A DNA stretch of 64,000 bases from Iphione sp. A-MEVVRFRX5. Its lineage: Eukaryota. Each line of letters begins with the position of its first letter. The stretch's first letter is position 1. The notes beneath the pieces are model-generated. The model was not told where the DNA came from and did no database searches. It worked only from the letters and a program-made list of their open reading frames with translations. A program made the position numbers and the translations under genes. Shown in pieces: positions 47,260 through 61,900 of the stretch. The stretch lies in NCBI GenBank assembly GCA_976226885.1, contig OZ320316.1, positions 17,794,001 to 17,858,000 of the forward strand. The letters run 5' to 3'.

Positions 47260-47841
47260 TTAAACCACCATACAGTATACAATTTCCTAGCCAGAGGTGT
47301 TGCACGCGTATTGTCCGCTAGATATGTAGTAGACACTATATTATTTATTACTTATACTTTTTAAGTTGAAATGGAGATTTATAATGTTCATGGTTTTATA
47401 CAAGTGTGCATCGGAGGATTTCAATCTCTGATTGCCACTACTATACACAACAAAAGCATTTATTATTACCCCCCACATACTAGGTGCGGAGCCTTGCGAA
47501 TACAGGTGTACTGCTGTCTGACTGTCTGTATTTTTAGTATTTCTGGAGAGGTTGTCACACACACCCAAACGTCCCCACTCCTTCAGCTCCTGGCCCCTTG
47601 GTGACATGCTGCCAGATGAATAAAAATAATTATGTGCACTTGTACAGTATAGAACAGATGGTAATAGACCGTAAACTGAATATAACAGCTTCGTAAAAGA
47701 AGGGGTAGAAGTGCCCTGAGATGACCATTCTTATTTTGTTAATGTGTCTTCACAATATTCTTCTCGTATACCTTCAGTATGATGTCCTATACCTGTTCAC
47801 TAATTTAAATCTTTCATATTGTATTCCTCTTCTCCCAACAG

Positions 47842-50800
47842 ATGGAGCCTACTGGTAATCAGAAAGGTAACCCGGTATCTGCAAGGGAGCAGCTCTCAAC
47901 AACCGAGCAGATTCTGCAGATTCTGGCCGGGATAGAAAGAAGACTGGCTGCCATAGAATTCAGCCAGACACAGATGCTTGACAGACAGAGCTATTTGCCC
48001 AACGATCTGGACGCGCGATTATACTCGGTAGAGAACACGCAAGAAGAATTGCTTCGAAATCAGAAACAACTTCACGGTTCATTAGTCGCTCGCCTGGATG
48101 TGATTGAAAACACGCAGAGGTTGATGTTGGAAAATGGCATGGAGGTGCAACGCGACGTAGAGTTACGTTTGCGTACCATAGAGAGCACGCAGGCGATCGT
48201 ACGCCAAGAACAAGAGCAACTGCAAACTTCTTTATCCACGTTCCGAGAACAGTTCAGCATCGACAGTATTTCATCGCTCCGGGTCGACGGTTTACAACAA
48301 GGCATATCAAACCGAGGTCGGGCCGAGCGTACGCACAACTGTGCCGTTGATGACGCCACCATTGAAGATCAGATCATTCAAAGTGAACGAGCGTCAGTTT
48401 CACGTTCAATGCCTCCTCCTCCTCCTCCTCCTTCTCCTCCTCCTCCTCCTCCTCCTCATGCAGCCGAAGACAAGATCCGGTCCCAAGAGGCCACAGTTAG
48501 CCTCCTCGAGCCACCAGCAAGCAGTCTTCCCCTGGAGGATCCCCAGTTGGAGGATTCAAGCCAGACATACGTGAAAACATTGTGCTCCTCCAACTCTAGC
48601 ATAGATCCTCCAACGCAAACAGCGGTCATCAGCCTGTCGGAGACCAGAAGCCTAACACCGTCACCGGTCAGTACCGCCGCCACCGAGATAACGAGTTTGG
48701 CGGCTGCACCGCTTCCCGAGAAACCAAAATCAGCCGAGCGAGGCGAAGTCCTCGAGAAACATCGCTGCCGTCTCACGTTTAACCACAGTGATCACCTGAA
48801 GCGATGTTCTACACTTTTCCAAGAAGTGAGTGTTATTTTCATGCAGTTTCGCATAGTATGGAACTATGAAGACTAGTTTCAATAGGATGTAGGAATAAGT
48901 TGTATGGAGGAGTTGATTTACCGGTTTCGTAATGAATGAACCCACAGGATGAGTTTCATACCAAATTGGCATAAGAACTGAGCACAATAACTAAAATCCT
49001 TGCATCCTTTTTATTATAATTTTATACAGTTAACTGTAATGGAAGTAACTTTTTATACTGCCGGTGTGCATGGTATTGCACAGTGTGCAATACAAGGTGT
49101 GTAGGAGTTAGACATTAGTCCACCCTCATGCGGTACAACTGTATTAAAGTACACAATCATGTACTGCATAAGACTCACCATTGTGCAATAGAGACTTTCA
49201 CATGACTTTTAGTCTGAAACGTAAACATACAAAATGGCAGACCCATGTAGACTGGTTTTTCAACAGTAAAATTTAATCTAAAAAGACCCATTTCCATCAA
49301 AATAGAGAACAGGATGGCCTAAATTAATCATATACACACTCTTAAGACATATATTGAAGCCACATCAATAGATATCTACTTTAAATGAGATGAGTGTTTA
49401 TAAGTTAGTAGCTGAGTTCATAAGAGAAGATAATAACCAAATAACCTGAAAAACATGTAGAAGGTAAAAATCTTTAATAGATGGACTAGAGACAGGAAAC
49501 AGGAAGTACAGTGGAGAGCCTCCTTAGGGACATGCCTCTAATAGGGACACACCTCTAATAGGGACAGTTCAGCTCAGAACCAAAATATTCCCTATATAAT
49601 CATGTTTAAGGGAGAGCCTCTAATAGGGACACCATATAGGGGTGGAGTGCTTCCATAGGGACAGCTCTGAGGTGGGGGAGAGGTGGGTTTATACTGCAAA
49701 ATGGTGGGTTTATACCCCAAATCAGTGGGTTTATACTTCACAAGGGTGTCACCAAGCACTTGAAGGGGTGGAGCACTTCCAAAGGGACAGTTCAGAGATG
49801 TGGGAGAGAAGCACTACCACTTCAATCAAGCACTATAGGGACAGGCTAGAGGGGGCAGTGCCTTCAAAGGGACAGCTCAGAGGTGTGGGAGAGAAGTGCT
49901 ACCAAATCTATCACATTTCCATTCCTACTTGTTCAGTCTTAGCTACTTGAAAATATGTCTTTAGGCCACATCTTACTGTATGACTTATAAAATATGGCCC
50001 TAGGAATCATTCTACATGATAACCTGTATAGAGTGGCCTCAGGCCACAAAGTCTCTAATAGGGACAAGCCTCCATTAGGGACAGTTTGGTGAAGAACAGA
50101 GGGTGTCCCTAATAGAGGCGCTCCACTGTAGTTACATAAAGGTGTAATGACTAATTTATCAGCAAGTTGTTTTATTCAAATAACTTTAACCACTCACAAA
50201 CTGTGAGTGCACAAATTGTATGCATGCTTGAACGCAGCAACTTCTGGTCTAATGCGCATATGCAGTGAGCAAGAAATCTGTGAATATGCGTTTTTTAATG
50301 GAATGAAAAAATTGGCAAGGACTGTTTAATAGGGTAGGATTAACTTTACGTTATTATTAAACAGGAGTGGAATAGAGAATATTGAACTTACAGTGATTAA
50401 ATGTGCTGGAAGACTCATTTCTCTGTACTGCACTCAACCGGCGATCTCATGCAGTACAGAGAAACTCGTCTTCAAGTACATTCTGGTATTGTTGAAATAC
50501 GACCACATCCTGAAGATCCATTCTTGAAGATGAGTTTCTCTGTATTGCACAAGACTGGGGGTCGAGGGAAGTACAAGGAAACAAGTCTCCAAGCAGCACT
50601 AGCCACTGTAAACATGAAATGGTCTTTTTTCCAGGCTTCTTTAGTTTAAATAATAATTTACTTTAATTAATTTTCTTGTTAATGTATTATGTGAACAAGC
50701 CGTCTGCCATGCTGGTTTTGCAACTTTGGATATCCCGGTACCCTGTTCCTAACATTGTCATAGCGCATTTTAGTTGGACATGGAATATAGTTGAGATTTG

Positions 50801-53800
50801 CACTCAGCCGAAAGTCATATGACATTGTGTATTTCATGACCCGAGCAGCACATGCTTGATTACTGCATTGACCGGGGATGCAAGATATGTACGAATATTT
50901 TCAGGACAGATTTTTGCATAGGTTAATAATATGTAAATAATAGATTTGACTGATGTATATATACATATTAGATGGAGCAACACTGAGGTAATCTTCAACA
51001 CATAACTAACTGGCTGCGGGGCAACTTTTCGTGATTTGGCCGTTGACTTTTTGCATTCTCTCCCTTACATCCAACAATTACAGTCGCGAAGGCCACTGTG
51101 TCCAAATCTTTAATCTAAATCCAAAATAAATTCGACTCTGTGAAATGGTAAAATTCGGCTTTGTAAGCTATATAACGATGAGTACTAGAGTATTGTTCAT
51201 ATTTTAGAAATATAATCGACCACAGGTACATGGCTGAACGTGAAAAAAATTATATTGCCTATACTCAAGATGTACAATGAAAGCTTTAAGGAAATCTAAG
51301 AAACATTCGAGAAGTATGAACGAAAATACTCTCTGAACCAGTACCACGAAGGATATTTAAGCAGAGTGTCTCTAACACGGCGCAGCAATGTACAGAATTC
51401 CTGAAAATGTCATATTTGTCCCTTCTCTGCTAGGGTAAGCCAAACTGTCAGGACCTACTACAGACATTTTGGATGGAGCTTACAGCTCTGAACCTGCGGC
51501 ACCTGCTGCATCTTTTCCCTCAGCCAACTATCGAAGAGAATGCCAAAGATACCGAGGGTTTGCTTGACTGCCTTATGAGGTTTAGGGACCAGAAGCTGCA
51601 TCGCACCTTCTGGCTGGGCCTCAGTGGATTGGCGCCATTACTTTTCACTAGGGCCTTTGGTCGTCCACCAACAGACGAGGACAAAGGTAAGAGGCATATA
51701 GAATCTGGCAAAAAATAGCCTGAGAATACCATGTTCTTGAAGAAATTATCACCATTGTAATTTGCGATGGCTTTTTGTCGTCGACCGAGGGAGAAATGTT
51801 TGGTTAAATGCTATATTTTATGACTGAAAACAGGGTATTACAATATGGATTAATGATTGTATAACTCTTTTTTCTAAAGCGTTTTGTTTCTCAACAAGTG
51901 AAAGGAACTAAATCTGTCTTTGAATATATATCTCAATATACTAAATCATGTATCAAGCACAGCTAACCAAAATATAGCTTGCAAGGTATAAACTATACCA
52001 TATTTCTGATTTTGATGATACTTAAATATGAAGAGCTGTTTCCAAATGTGAAGATTGTTTTACATGTCAGACAATTGTATTTGCAAAAGAAGTTTGATAA
52101 TGATGGAGTTAAGGATACCAAAGCACTGAACATGTTTGTTTGAAAATTTAATAAAATAGGAACATCACCATGGGTTCTCCTGCAAAAAGGAACTAAGCAA
52201 TGAAGAAGACAAAAATACCTCTTGGGAACAACCTGACAGGAAACATGTTATGGATAATTGAATTTAAACCATAAAGTGCTCTTAGTTTCCTTAAAGAACT
52301 AATTATGTCAGATTGCATCTGCATATAACAGAACACTCGCGGAGGTCCATTTCTTGTGTAATAGTTGTGTATTAGTTGCTATAGAACTAGTCATATCTCA
52401 TTAAAGGTTATTTCAGTCAGAAAACATGAGGAAATTTATTATGTCCAATGTAGATAAAGTAGAGGGGAAGCTGATGTTTCAGTGGAGATACTCTACATCT
52501 GAGAGCTTTAATTTCCATTTTGTGTTTATATTTTCTCCAGAAGTGCTAATATCACAGTACATTCAGCTGTTTAAAGGACATTTGAAGAATTCCGTAATGT
52601 CCAATACGGACAAGCTGGGGGACAATCCGATAGATCTCAACACTCACTACGTCCAGCTGAGAGTCATCAAGGGCAAATATGCCAACCTGCCTAGGGGCAG
52701 GCGGGAGACCTACAGTAGTCATCATATGGTAAGGATTGCCTACAATTGTCACCATGTAGTAATGAGTGTCATACAGTAGTCATCATGTTGTAATGATTAT
52801 CATACAGTAGTCATCATGAGGTAATGATTGCCATTCAGTAGTCATCATATGGTAAGGATTGCCATATAGTAGTCATCATGTGGTAACAATTGTCATACAG
52901 TAGTCATCGTGTGGTAATGATTGTCATACAGTAGTCATCATGTGGTAATGATTGTCATACCGTAGTCATTATATGGTAAGGATTGCCATACAGTAATCAT
53001 CATATGGTAAGGATAGTCATGGAGCATATCTTTCACAAGTGATAAATTCTCATATCTATAAACAAATATATTTATAAATAAATAAATGTTTCCTTTGTAC
53101 ATTGTATTGAATATGGTATGAGGTTGTAGTTAAAGTGATAATAAACGAGAAGGCCATTAGTCCAAATCGTTTATGTTAGTAAATGATAGCCGACGACCTT
53201 AACTAATATAAACCATCTAGCCTACAACTGTTCAGTGTGCTCTCAAGCAAGGGGGCTTGATACATATCTTTTATATAATACGGAGACAAACAGACGGATA
53301 CAGATACAGTGTATACAAACAGGGTGGGTGAACGGCGCCCCCCCCCCCCCCCACACACACACATTCCAAAGCGAGATAAATGTACAGACAGGCAAACAGA
53401 GAGACAGAGAAAGCCAAGGGGGGCAGTTAAAGTCCCAAACCAGGCAGACAAAACTGTCAGACCACCTCNNNNNNNNNNNNNNNNNNNNNNNNNNNNNNNN
53501 NNNNNNNNNNNNNNNNNNNNNNNNNNNNNNNNNNNNNNNNNNNNNNNNNNNNNNNNNNNNNNNNNNNNNNNNNNNNNNNNNNNNNNNNNNNNNNNNNNNN
53601 NNNNNNNNNNNNNTGTATTTTAATGGTCTTGTGACATATTATAGGCGATATTATAGGCGTGGGATATTGATCTTGTGGTTGATTAAAGAGATAAAAGGAG
53701 GAGTACTTGAAATGAACTTCAGCTTATGAGACTCACATAACTATCGTTGTCTTCTCCCCATAAATCAGAACTGCGAAGGTGATGACAACTCTGATGATAA

Positions 53801-55908
53801 CGACTCCGATAATGATGATGATGGTGATGATGATGATGATGACGATGATGGCGCGCAACATCAGCAGATGCTGGAGGAGGACAACACCAGGTGGGATTTT
53901 CCATCCCATTTCCAGCTCAGGGCTGAGAGGAACGACTTGTTAGAAGTGCCCGCCGAGCAGTTCCTGGACGACGAGTTGAGCATCTCAACCAGCACAGTCA
54001 ATGATGAGTCAGCCCCTGCAGTATCAGAAGGAGGAGGAGGAGGCGGTGGTGATGCCAGATCCCGCCCTAGGCTGGTCCTCATTCGGGGACGTCCTGGAGT
54101 GGGTAAGACCACCACGGTACAGTGGCTCCACTGGCGATGGGCTCACGGCAATTTCGCCCCTGATTTCAGCATCTTCTTGGTGGTGCACCTCAGGTACCTC
54201 ATCCACGCCAGGGACCGACTGATGACCCTCAGCGACCTCCTGGCCAAATACTGCCTCTCCGCTAGGGGCGCTGGAGGGCTGCCGGACCACGTGTCGCTCT
54301 GGATGGAGGTCAACCAGAGTAAGGTCCTAATTGCCCTCGGTAGGTATCTCAGAAACACCCTTTATGAATTTACTTTTCTTTCACAGGCTTTGAGGTAAAC
54401 AATAGCTCCGCCCAGCTACCGCACCCTTAGGGCTATATCCTTATACCAGTGGTTAGGACTTGTGCCTTGCAGTATTAGTGCCCCTAGTTCAATGTCCAGC
54501 TCGTGAGTTCCCAGAATCCATTGCGGTCCTGCCCTTTGTTCTATATAGCTGCAATAGACGCCAGTTTCTCGGAAATGCTGAAAAATGCAAGAACAAAACG
54601 CATCCCACTTGGTATCTACTCGCTGTGGAGGTTACTTCAAATGAAACACACCAATGGGTTGTCAAAGGTTGGGTTTCCATTCAAGGGCTTTTTTTTTATA
54701 TCTCTCAATATGCTGCCGACGACCACCATGTTTCTTTTTGTTTGTTTTCGAGATGTGACAGAGACTTTCATCAGACCAATTCAAAGGAAACAAACAAATG
54801 GGAGGCCAAAGGCTTGGTTTACATTGGAAAGAATTGGCTCTGAATCTCTTAATGTGCTGCTGATGACAAACACATTTCTTAATTTTTCTTTCCGAGATGG
54901 GATGGAGACCTTCATCTTGCCCCCTTAATTTTCAGATGGACTTGATGAGATGCCGGACTTTGTTTCTCACTTCAAGCATTCGCCCGATATTACGTGCATC
55001 ACTGAAAATGCGCGACCTTTTGACCTTGTCATCAGTCTTCTACGCAAGAAACTCCTTCCCAAGGCCACCATTGTTGTCCTGACAAGGTAAGATATTTGCT
55101 TGCATATGGGAATTCATATGGAGGGTTAAATACATTGAGTTCACACAGCTTGACTGTAAAGAGCAGACTATCTATTCTAGGCCATTGAGTAACTCAAATT
55201 ACTTAGGGGAGGATATCCAAATGGATTGGGACATGTTATGAGGGGCAGTACATTATTCATTTCTTTTAATATAATAGAGTATAAGGGGGGCCCTGTTGTA
55301 ATGTATGTATGAAAAGATGGAAAGATATGAAGTACCATTAATCCAACTTTATTACAAAATCCTCGAAACATAAGACATGGGATAACAATTACAGACTGGT
55401 TTAATTTGTTTTTGAATAAGTACACATTTCTAACTTGATAACGACTTTCACGTCAAGATCGATTTTTCGATTTTCGTTAAATTCCTGGGGTATTGTTGGG
55501 TGTTTCAGACCTTTCAGCAAACTGATTGAAGTCATGTCAGACCGGGTTCTGGAGATCCAGGGCCTCAACGAGAGGGGAATCCTGGAGTACGTGGACAAGT
55601 TTGCTGCTCCTAAGCGCCGGGAGCCCATCAAAGGTCGGTGCAATTTCATCAAAGCATATATAGTAGTGGAGGTAGGGGGTTAAATAAATCAAAATGAATA
55701 TGGGTGAATACATGTAAATACAAAAATAAGATAAAATATTAAATGTTAATAAATTAAATACATTTTGGATACATCCAGTCGAACTTTTACCTAGATTTCG
55801 TCAAGGGCCCTGATATCTGACCTCATTCAAAAGTAATATGATAGGTACACTACATTTTATGTACCTACACGTTGTAAGTGCGAGCACATACACATGCACA
55901 CACACTCA

Positions 55909-55948
<40 letters not shown>

Positions 55949-58900
55949 ATAGAAAGTAGTTACGTATGTTACGTACTAAGGAGTGGTCCCTCTTCCTGAC
56001 TTACGGTCGTTGTATCAAGGGAGCCCAAGTGGGTTGAGGAGAGGGGGAAGGGGCGTCACTTGTTTCTTGGATGTCGTTTGTACAGTTCTGACCATTGACC
56101 ACAGGTGTAATGTTGCAGCTCGACAGTGTATGCCACAATATCCATGCAATATGAAATCGTAGTAGTTGTCGGTAAAATCCTCGGAAATTTCGATGCATGA
56201 GCAGTGGAAGGAATTCTGTTCTACACCACACAGGAAGAGTATTCCCATTTCAAAAATGGACATCTGCGTCTGGGTCCGGACAAAACCCATGCTCAATCGG
56301 TTGAGATTCCATGTCCACACGCGGATGCGGAAATGTCCGGACACATGTGAACGACTAAACAGTCTGCTGTTGTAACAGGGGAGTCAGGGGGTATCCAATA
56401 ACGCTTCAACAAGAATTTTTAAAAAGCCATAACGCTTAAAAGAAGAGCATATAAAACTTCACCAAGAATTCATTTCTTGGTATCCAATCACCAGAAAATG
56501 CGGAATGATGCTTCACCCTGCTTTGGAGAACCAAATAAATGTTTCACCAAGAATTAAAATGCACCCATCATGCTTTACCACAATAAGTGCCCCCCACTGT
56601 GTTGTATGGCTTTTCCCTATTGTCTTTTGCAGTGATGTTACAGCGAAGCCCAGTGCTCATGTCTGTCTGTAGCATCACCGTCTACTGCATGCTGGTGTGT
56701 AAGGCCTTCGCCGAGGACTGGTCCATCACTGAACAAGAACTGCAGACCTACACTCGCATATTTTCCTTCTTCATCACGGTGAGTTTATAGGTATACCTCT
56801 CGATATAGGCCTTGATATGAAGAAAATATCTGTGTTTATCGTAGCCTGACCGATGCTATCTTTTGGTTCATTGGGAACATTAAAAAAAATATAGGCCTTT
56901 TGTTTCGTCAGTATCTTGGGACTGTATAATGCTACAGAATCATACAGTACATCACATTGTTTCTTATGTTATTAGCTTTCATATGATATTAGCTTCATTA
57001 ACATCCATGTGAAGTGATAGTACCAAGCATGGAAAATACTGTCTGGCATTTTCACTTTTATATGTTAAAAAAAACAGAAAAATCACTTACCTACAGATAC
57101 TATTTTTTTTAAGCAGATCTTTTTTTTTTTTTGGGGGGGGGTGTGCTGAACCAGTGTGTGTTGATGTAATTCTTATATCTCTCTTTTTTTGTGGAAAACT
57201 GCGTTCTCATAGGCACATCACTCCAGTAAGAATTTGCAGTACAGTGGAGTCTCTATTTACGACCACTCCTCTGGACCAAGCTCACCTGGTCGTACTGGCA
57301 AGTTTGGTCATAAATAGATTATTGTTAACTGTAGGAATCAGCACTTCTGTTCCCATCTCAGGTGGTCATAATAGCAAGGAAGGTCAGAAATCGATGTGGT
57401 TGCAAATTGAGATTCTACTGTACTTTGATTTAAATTTATTTAAAAGCAGTTTGTGATTGTGAAACTATCTGTATACATGTAGTTGTTCTCTTGTCAATTA
57501 TAGTCTTGTCAATTGTCTCTTGTCCTTTTCGTCAATTCTTGTTGAAACAGGTGGGTAAAAACAGCCTGGCCGCAAAATTCGAATAGAAAATCAACTTCTT
57601 CATAGAAGAGCTTGGTTCTCACAGGCATTGTTGAACAGGGTATACCTGTTTAATATATGTTGGTTGGAATCCATTCTAGTCAAGATACAGGCCAACAATG
57701 CTTATATTTATGTTTTGTTTATGGCACTCCTGTCTAGTGCATCAAACGCAGGACATTGCCAAAGCGTTGCATGAATGTGATGGTTTGTTTATATCAGACT
57801 TAACTTTGTTAAGGCGTAGTGGTAGCATTTTCAGTTATGCTGTGGGAATGTAAGAAAAATCATGTTGTTACTGCAATGTGGGAACTTTTACATCAGTGGT
57901 AGCATACAGTATGTGGCAATGTTATTCACACAGTCTTGTGGAATTGAAAAGACCGTTATTTCCATATACATGTATTAGGAAGACTATATAATTATGAATT
58001 AATATATTTGATGATTGTTCGTGTTTTCCTTCTCAGCGCTACCTTCACCGTGCTGACGTCCCGGGGGGTATCACGGACAGGGACTGCGTGGGTTACAGGT
58101 ACGCCTCGCTCCTCCAGTCACTCTCCAGGCTGGCTCTCTCCGCTTTCCGGGAGAGGCCGGTCAAGATCGTCTTTACCGGGCGCGACCTCGTGGCCTCCAA
58201 CGTCGACACGAAAGACGGTGAGTATATTGGTGGGAGTGCGATGATGCGGAACAGAACGGGCCCGTAGCCTGGAAGTTTTAAATTAGAGAGGTGGAACTCT
58301 TAGCTAAAGAGGTGGAACTCTTGGTTAGAGAGATGGAACTCCTGGTTAGAGAGATCTTCCTCCCCCTCTCTCTCTGCTCTCTCTTTCTCTTTCTCTCTCT
58401 CCCTCTCTCGCTCTCTCTGTCTCTCTCTCTTTCTCAGGTGGAATTCCTGGCCTCTCTGGGGGGTATCAGATGATAGCCCCTATACCCCCTTGGCTACGGG
58501 CCTGCAGAGGAGATCCAATCGGGTGTTGAAGAAGGCAATTATCAGATACAAATGTAGGGAAAGTCATTATACTGGTTGGTGTGGAATGCGATGTAGGACG
58601 AGAAGGGCGGGACATTCCTCCCACGTACCAGAGAGTATCAGTAGTACCGCTGGAGGATTATGAGAATACGGGAGGAATAGTATAAAATGGAGATCTGGCA
58701 CAGGAGGAAGAGATCTATCTACCCATGTACTAAACAAGGCAGTGTGACAGAATGGAAGACTATAAACATGCTGGTAGAGTGGTAGAAGCGAGATAGGGGA
58801 CAAAAGAGCAGGATCTTCCAACCAAGCACTAAGCACGTTAGTTAGGCCTAAAAAAAATGCGTTCTGTGTTTCCAGTAACAGGCAAAAAAAGAGAGGGTCG

Positions 58901-61900
58901 GTCGGTAGGTACTATCTTTATTAATTTTTCTTTTTTTCCAATGTTAATTCAGGTTGAAGGGAGGAAATGTGTATGGTCATACCACTTATACTGCTTAGAT
59001 CTTAATGAAACGTATATCAAATGAAAGCTAATAACATAGGGGGTAATTTGGTGTATAGAGCATGTCTCTATCATTATTCATTCTGAAGTTATTCAGGAAA
59101 CAAGACAAAAATAAAAAGTTGCAATTGGCGCTGATGTAGGGTCAGTCGGGTTACCGGAAACACAGGTATTTTTTGTTTAGGCCTTATCCTAGAAGATGGT
59201 GAACACAGTGAGCCTTGTAAGAGGGACATGTGGAGCAGAAGGAATAGATGTTTTCCCATTTATAACCTAAGTCTAGTTACCAGGGATGGAAGTGTGGGAC
59301 AGGTAGAGACAAACTACAAACTTCTCAGTGTAGTCTAAGAAACCCACCATCTTCAGTCAAGTGAGTCGAAACTACAACCTCCTAGAAAAAATGTTATTGA
59401 TACTACTTAAACTACCACGATGCAACAATCTTGGGAACAGTAAGTCTTGTAAGATGAAGTGATCATGCATATAATAAGATGTTTGTCTTGTACCAAAGAA
59501 CCTTTTGACCGTATATATATGGCTGTAATTTTTTTATATTTACGGCAGCCGTCAACTCGGGACTCCTGACCGTAGATTCCGAAATCCCTCAAGACGCGGA
59601 TGACTCTCCTGTTACCATAGCAACCTACCTCCATCTTAGTGTACAGGAGTTTCTAGGCAGTGCCTCCACCACCACGGTAGGTGCTCCTACTGGAGAATGT
59701 CTTCTGTATTTTTTTTCATGTGACAACCAAATATCAATGATACTCGTACAAGTTTGTATACAAAGCAAACCTTTTTTTTATGCGAGAGCAAGAAACAAAA
59801 GAGTAATAATGTCATTGTCCAGCAGTCAGTTTTCCATAATACTAGTTATTTACATAAACGGTATACACGTATGATAATCTATAACAGTATGCTTTCCATT
59901 TTCTTTTTTCCCCATATCTTTAATATTGGAAGCTTAGCATTCAGCTCTCTGTCAGATACATTTTAATGATAACAAATTTTCTTCTGAATGTTTTTTTCAG
60001 CTGAACCCTGAAGAACTGGCCAAGTTCCTCTCGGAGGAGATCACCAAGGGACAGTTTGAGATGGCTTTCCTCTTCTCTTTCGGTTACATATTTGACAGCA
60101 ATGCCAAGAACATACGCCAGGTATGAACGTGAATTACTATAAGCAGGATTTAAAAGACTAATAGTGTACCTCTAAGAGTTGCTTTTGTTTGAAAATCTGA
60201 GCTACCAAAGGTATCAACTAGAATTTATATAAATGTTTGAAACTGTTAACATTTTAGAACTGCTTTCCGAACATATGGTACTGGAGGCCTATGCTTGGTA
60301 ATGTTTCTTGATTCATTATATAGATTTATGAAGGGATTAGTGGTGGGTCGAACAGTCCTGAAATAACGGAGGATGAGTGGCGTCAGAAGCGGAAGGCTCT
60401 CACAGACGTGTACAAATCACTGGTTGAATCGGTCAGTATCTAATATCCATATCTTTATAGACATCTATACCTTGATGCTGTAAGGGTCAGTTTGGTCATC
60501 TAGAAAAAAAAACAGGCGAAGAGCATTACGTCTGTAAGCATGGATATAATAGAATTTCAGTGAAAGATACATGATTATCTATACCTGGGGAATATAGGAA
60601 GGGGACCATTTTTTCTCATAAAACCATTCTATTATTCAGTACTTATAATCATGATAACAACATTACTATTTCATACTATAAATAATTATTAAATTCTAAA
60701 ACATAATGGACACACAGTCATGCCTAGTTATATGTTACCTGGATCACTCCCAATGCCGGATTATTTTTTCTGAATTTTGAATGTTCCAGACACAAAGTGA
60801 ACTCTGAGCAATTTAACTTTAACAGTTTGTACTTACCAAATGACTCTGTATAGTGAGACATTCCATCAACAAAGGCTTCATTAACAGGGACAAAGAGGGT
60901 AACTAAAATAAAATATGTGAAACGGATAGCAAGGACAGCCAATATTAGCCCTACTGCCTTTCCCACAGGCCGAGGACATGGACCACCGAGTTCGACTGAC
61001 AGTACTAGCTCACGAGAGCCAGAATCGGCGCCTGGCCAAGCTGTGTGCAGAGAAAATCGCCGACGGAGACACTCTCGAGTTCTCTCACACTCCAATGACG
61101 GTGGTGGATGTCTTTAGCGTGTTGTTCGTCTTCAAGCACGACCCACATCTCACCACCTTGTGGTAAGGGTCAAGTAGGACAAAATTTTCTCTCTTTTTTT
61201 CATTGTTAACAGATACTGAAAACGACAAATGTAAATTATGTTAATGTCACTTCTAGTGCTTACATTTTTATGAGACATGTATCATATGAAAGTTAATGGT
61301 GTATGGAACAATAGCTAACAAAACAATAATAAAATGATATGTTCCACACTTAAGTTGTGTAAGTGTTTTTGCATTAGCTTTGCATTTGTATTTTTCGTTT
61401 ACAGTCCTCGAGTATAAATGTAACACAACACGTGCAAACACACAAATAGGATAGAGGGGCTGGCCTTTGTTGTAAGCAAGAATATGTGTGAGCATATGTC
61501 ATAACATGTATAATGTGCATTTTGTGCACATTTCCACACATTTCTATGCCTGTTTTGGTGAAATTTGCCCGTGTAAGGATGATATTTCACCAGTTCACCA
61601 GGTCTAGGATATTTTCTCTTCAGATTTGCAACTTTTGGGATGTTTTACTTGTAATATTATTTGATCCGGAACCACAAGTACATTTGAAAGTTTGTAGAGA
61701 CAGGAATACACACATAGATGGTTATTATAACTGCAATTTATATACATTTGGGACTATATATATATGTAGATCTAATTGATGTGATGTAAGTGGAAGGTAG
61801 GGACAATATAGAGTGGAGTACCTCATGAATAAATTATGAAGGACAGAAGAAGGTATAAATGCATCAGAGCCATCATAATGGGTAGTAAGTAGTTATCTAG

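Noticed and set aside
48341-48574. Poly-Leu ORF
   Set aside because: Alternative frame of the (CCT)n poly-Pro linker in NLR exon 1.
52711-53020. Regular ~31-bp repeats resembling a CRISPR array (also 4007-4095)
   Set aside because: No unique spacers, no cas genes and a eukaryotic context; these are minisatellites.
53235-53904. ORFs spanning the N gap and a poly-His ORF on the minus strand
   Set aside because: Artefacts of the gap, and the antisense reading of the NLR poly-Asp tract.
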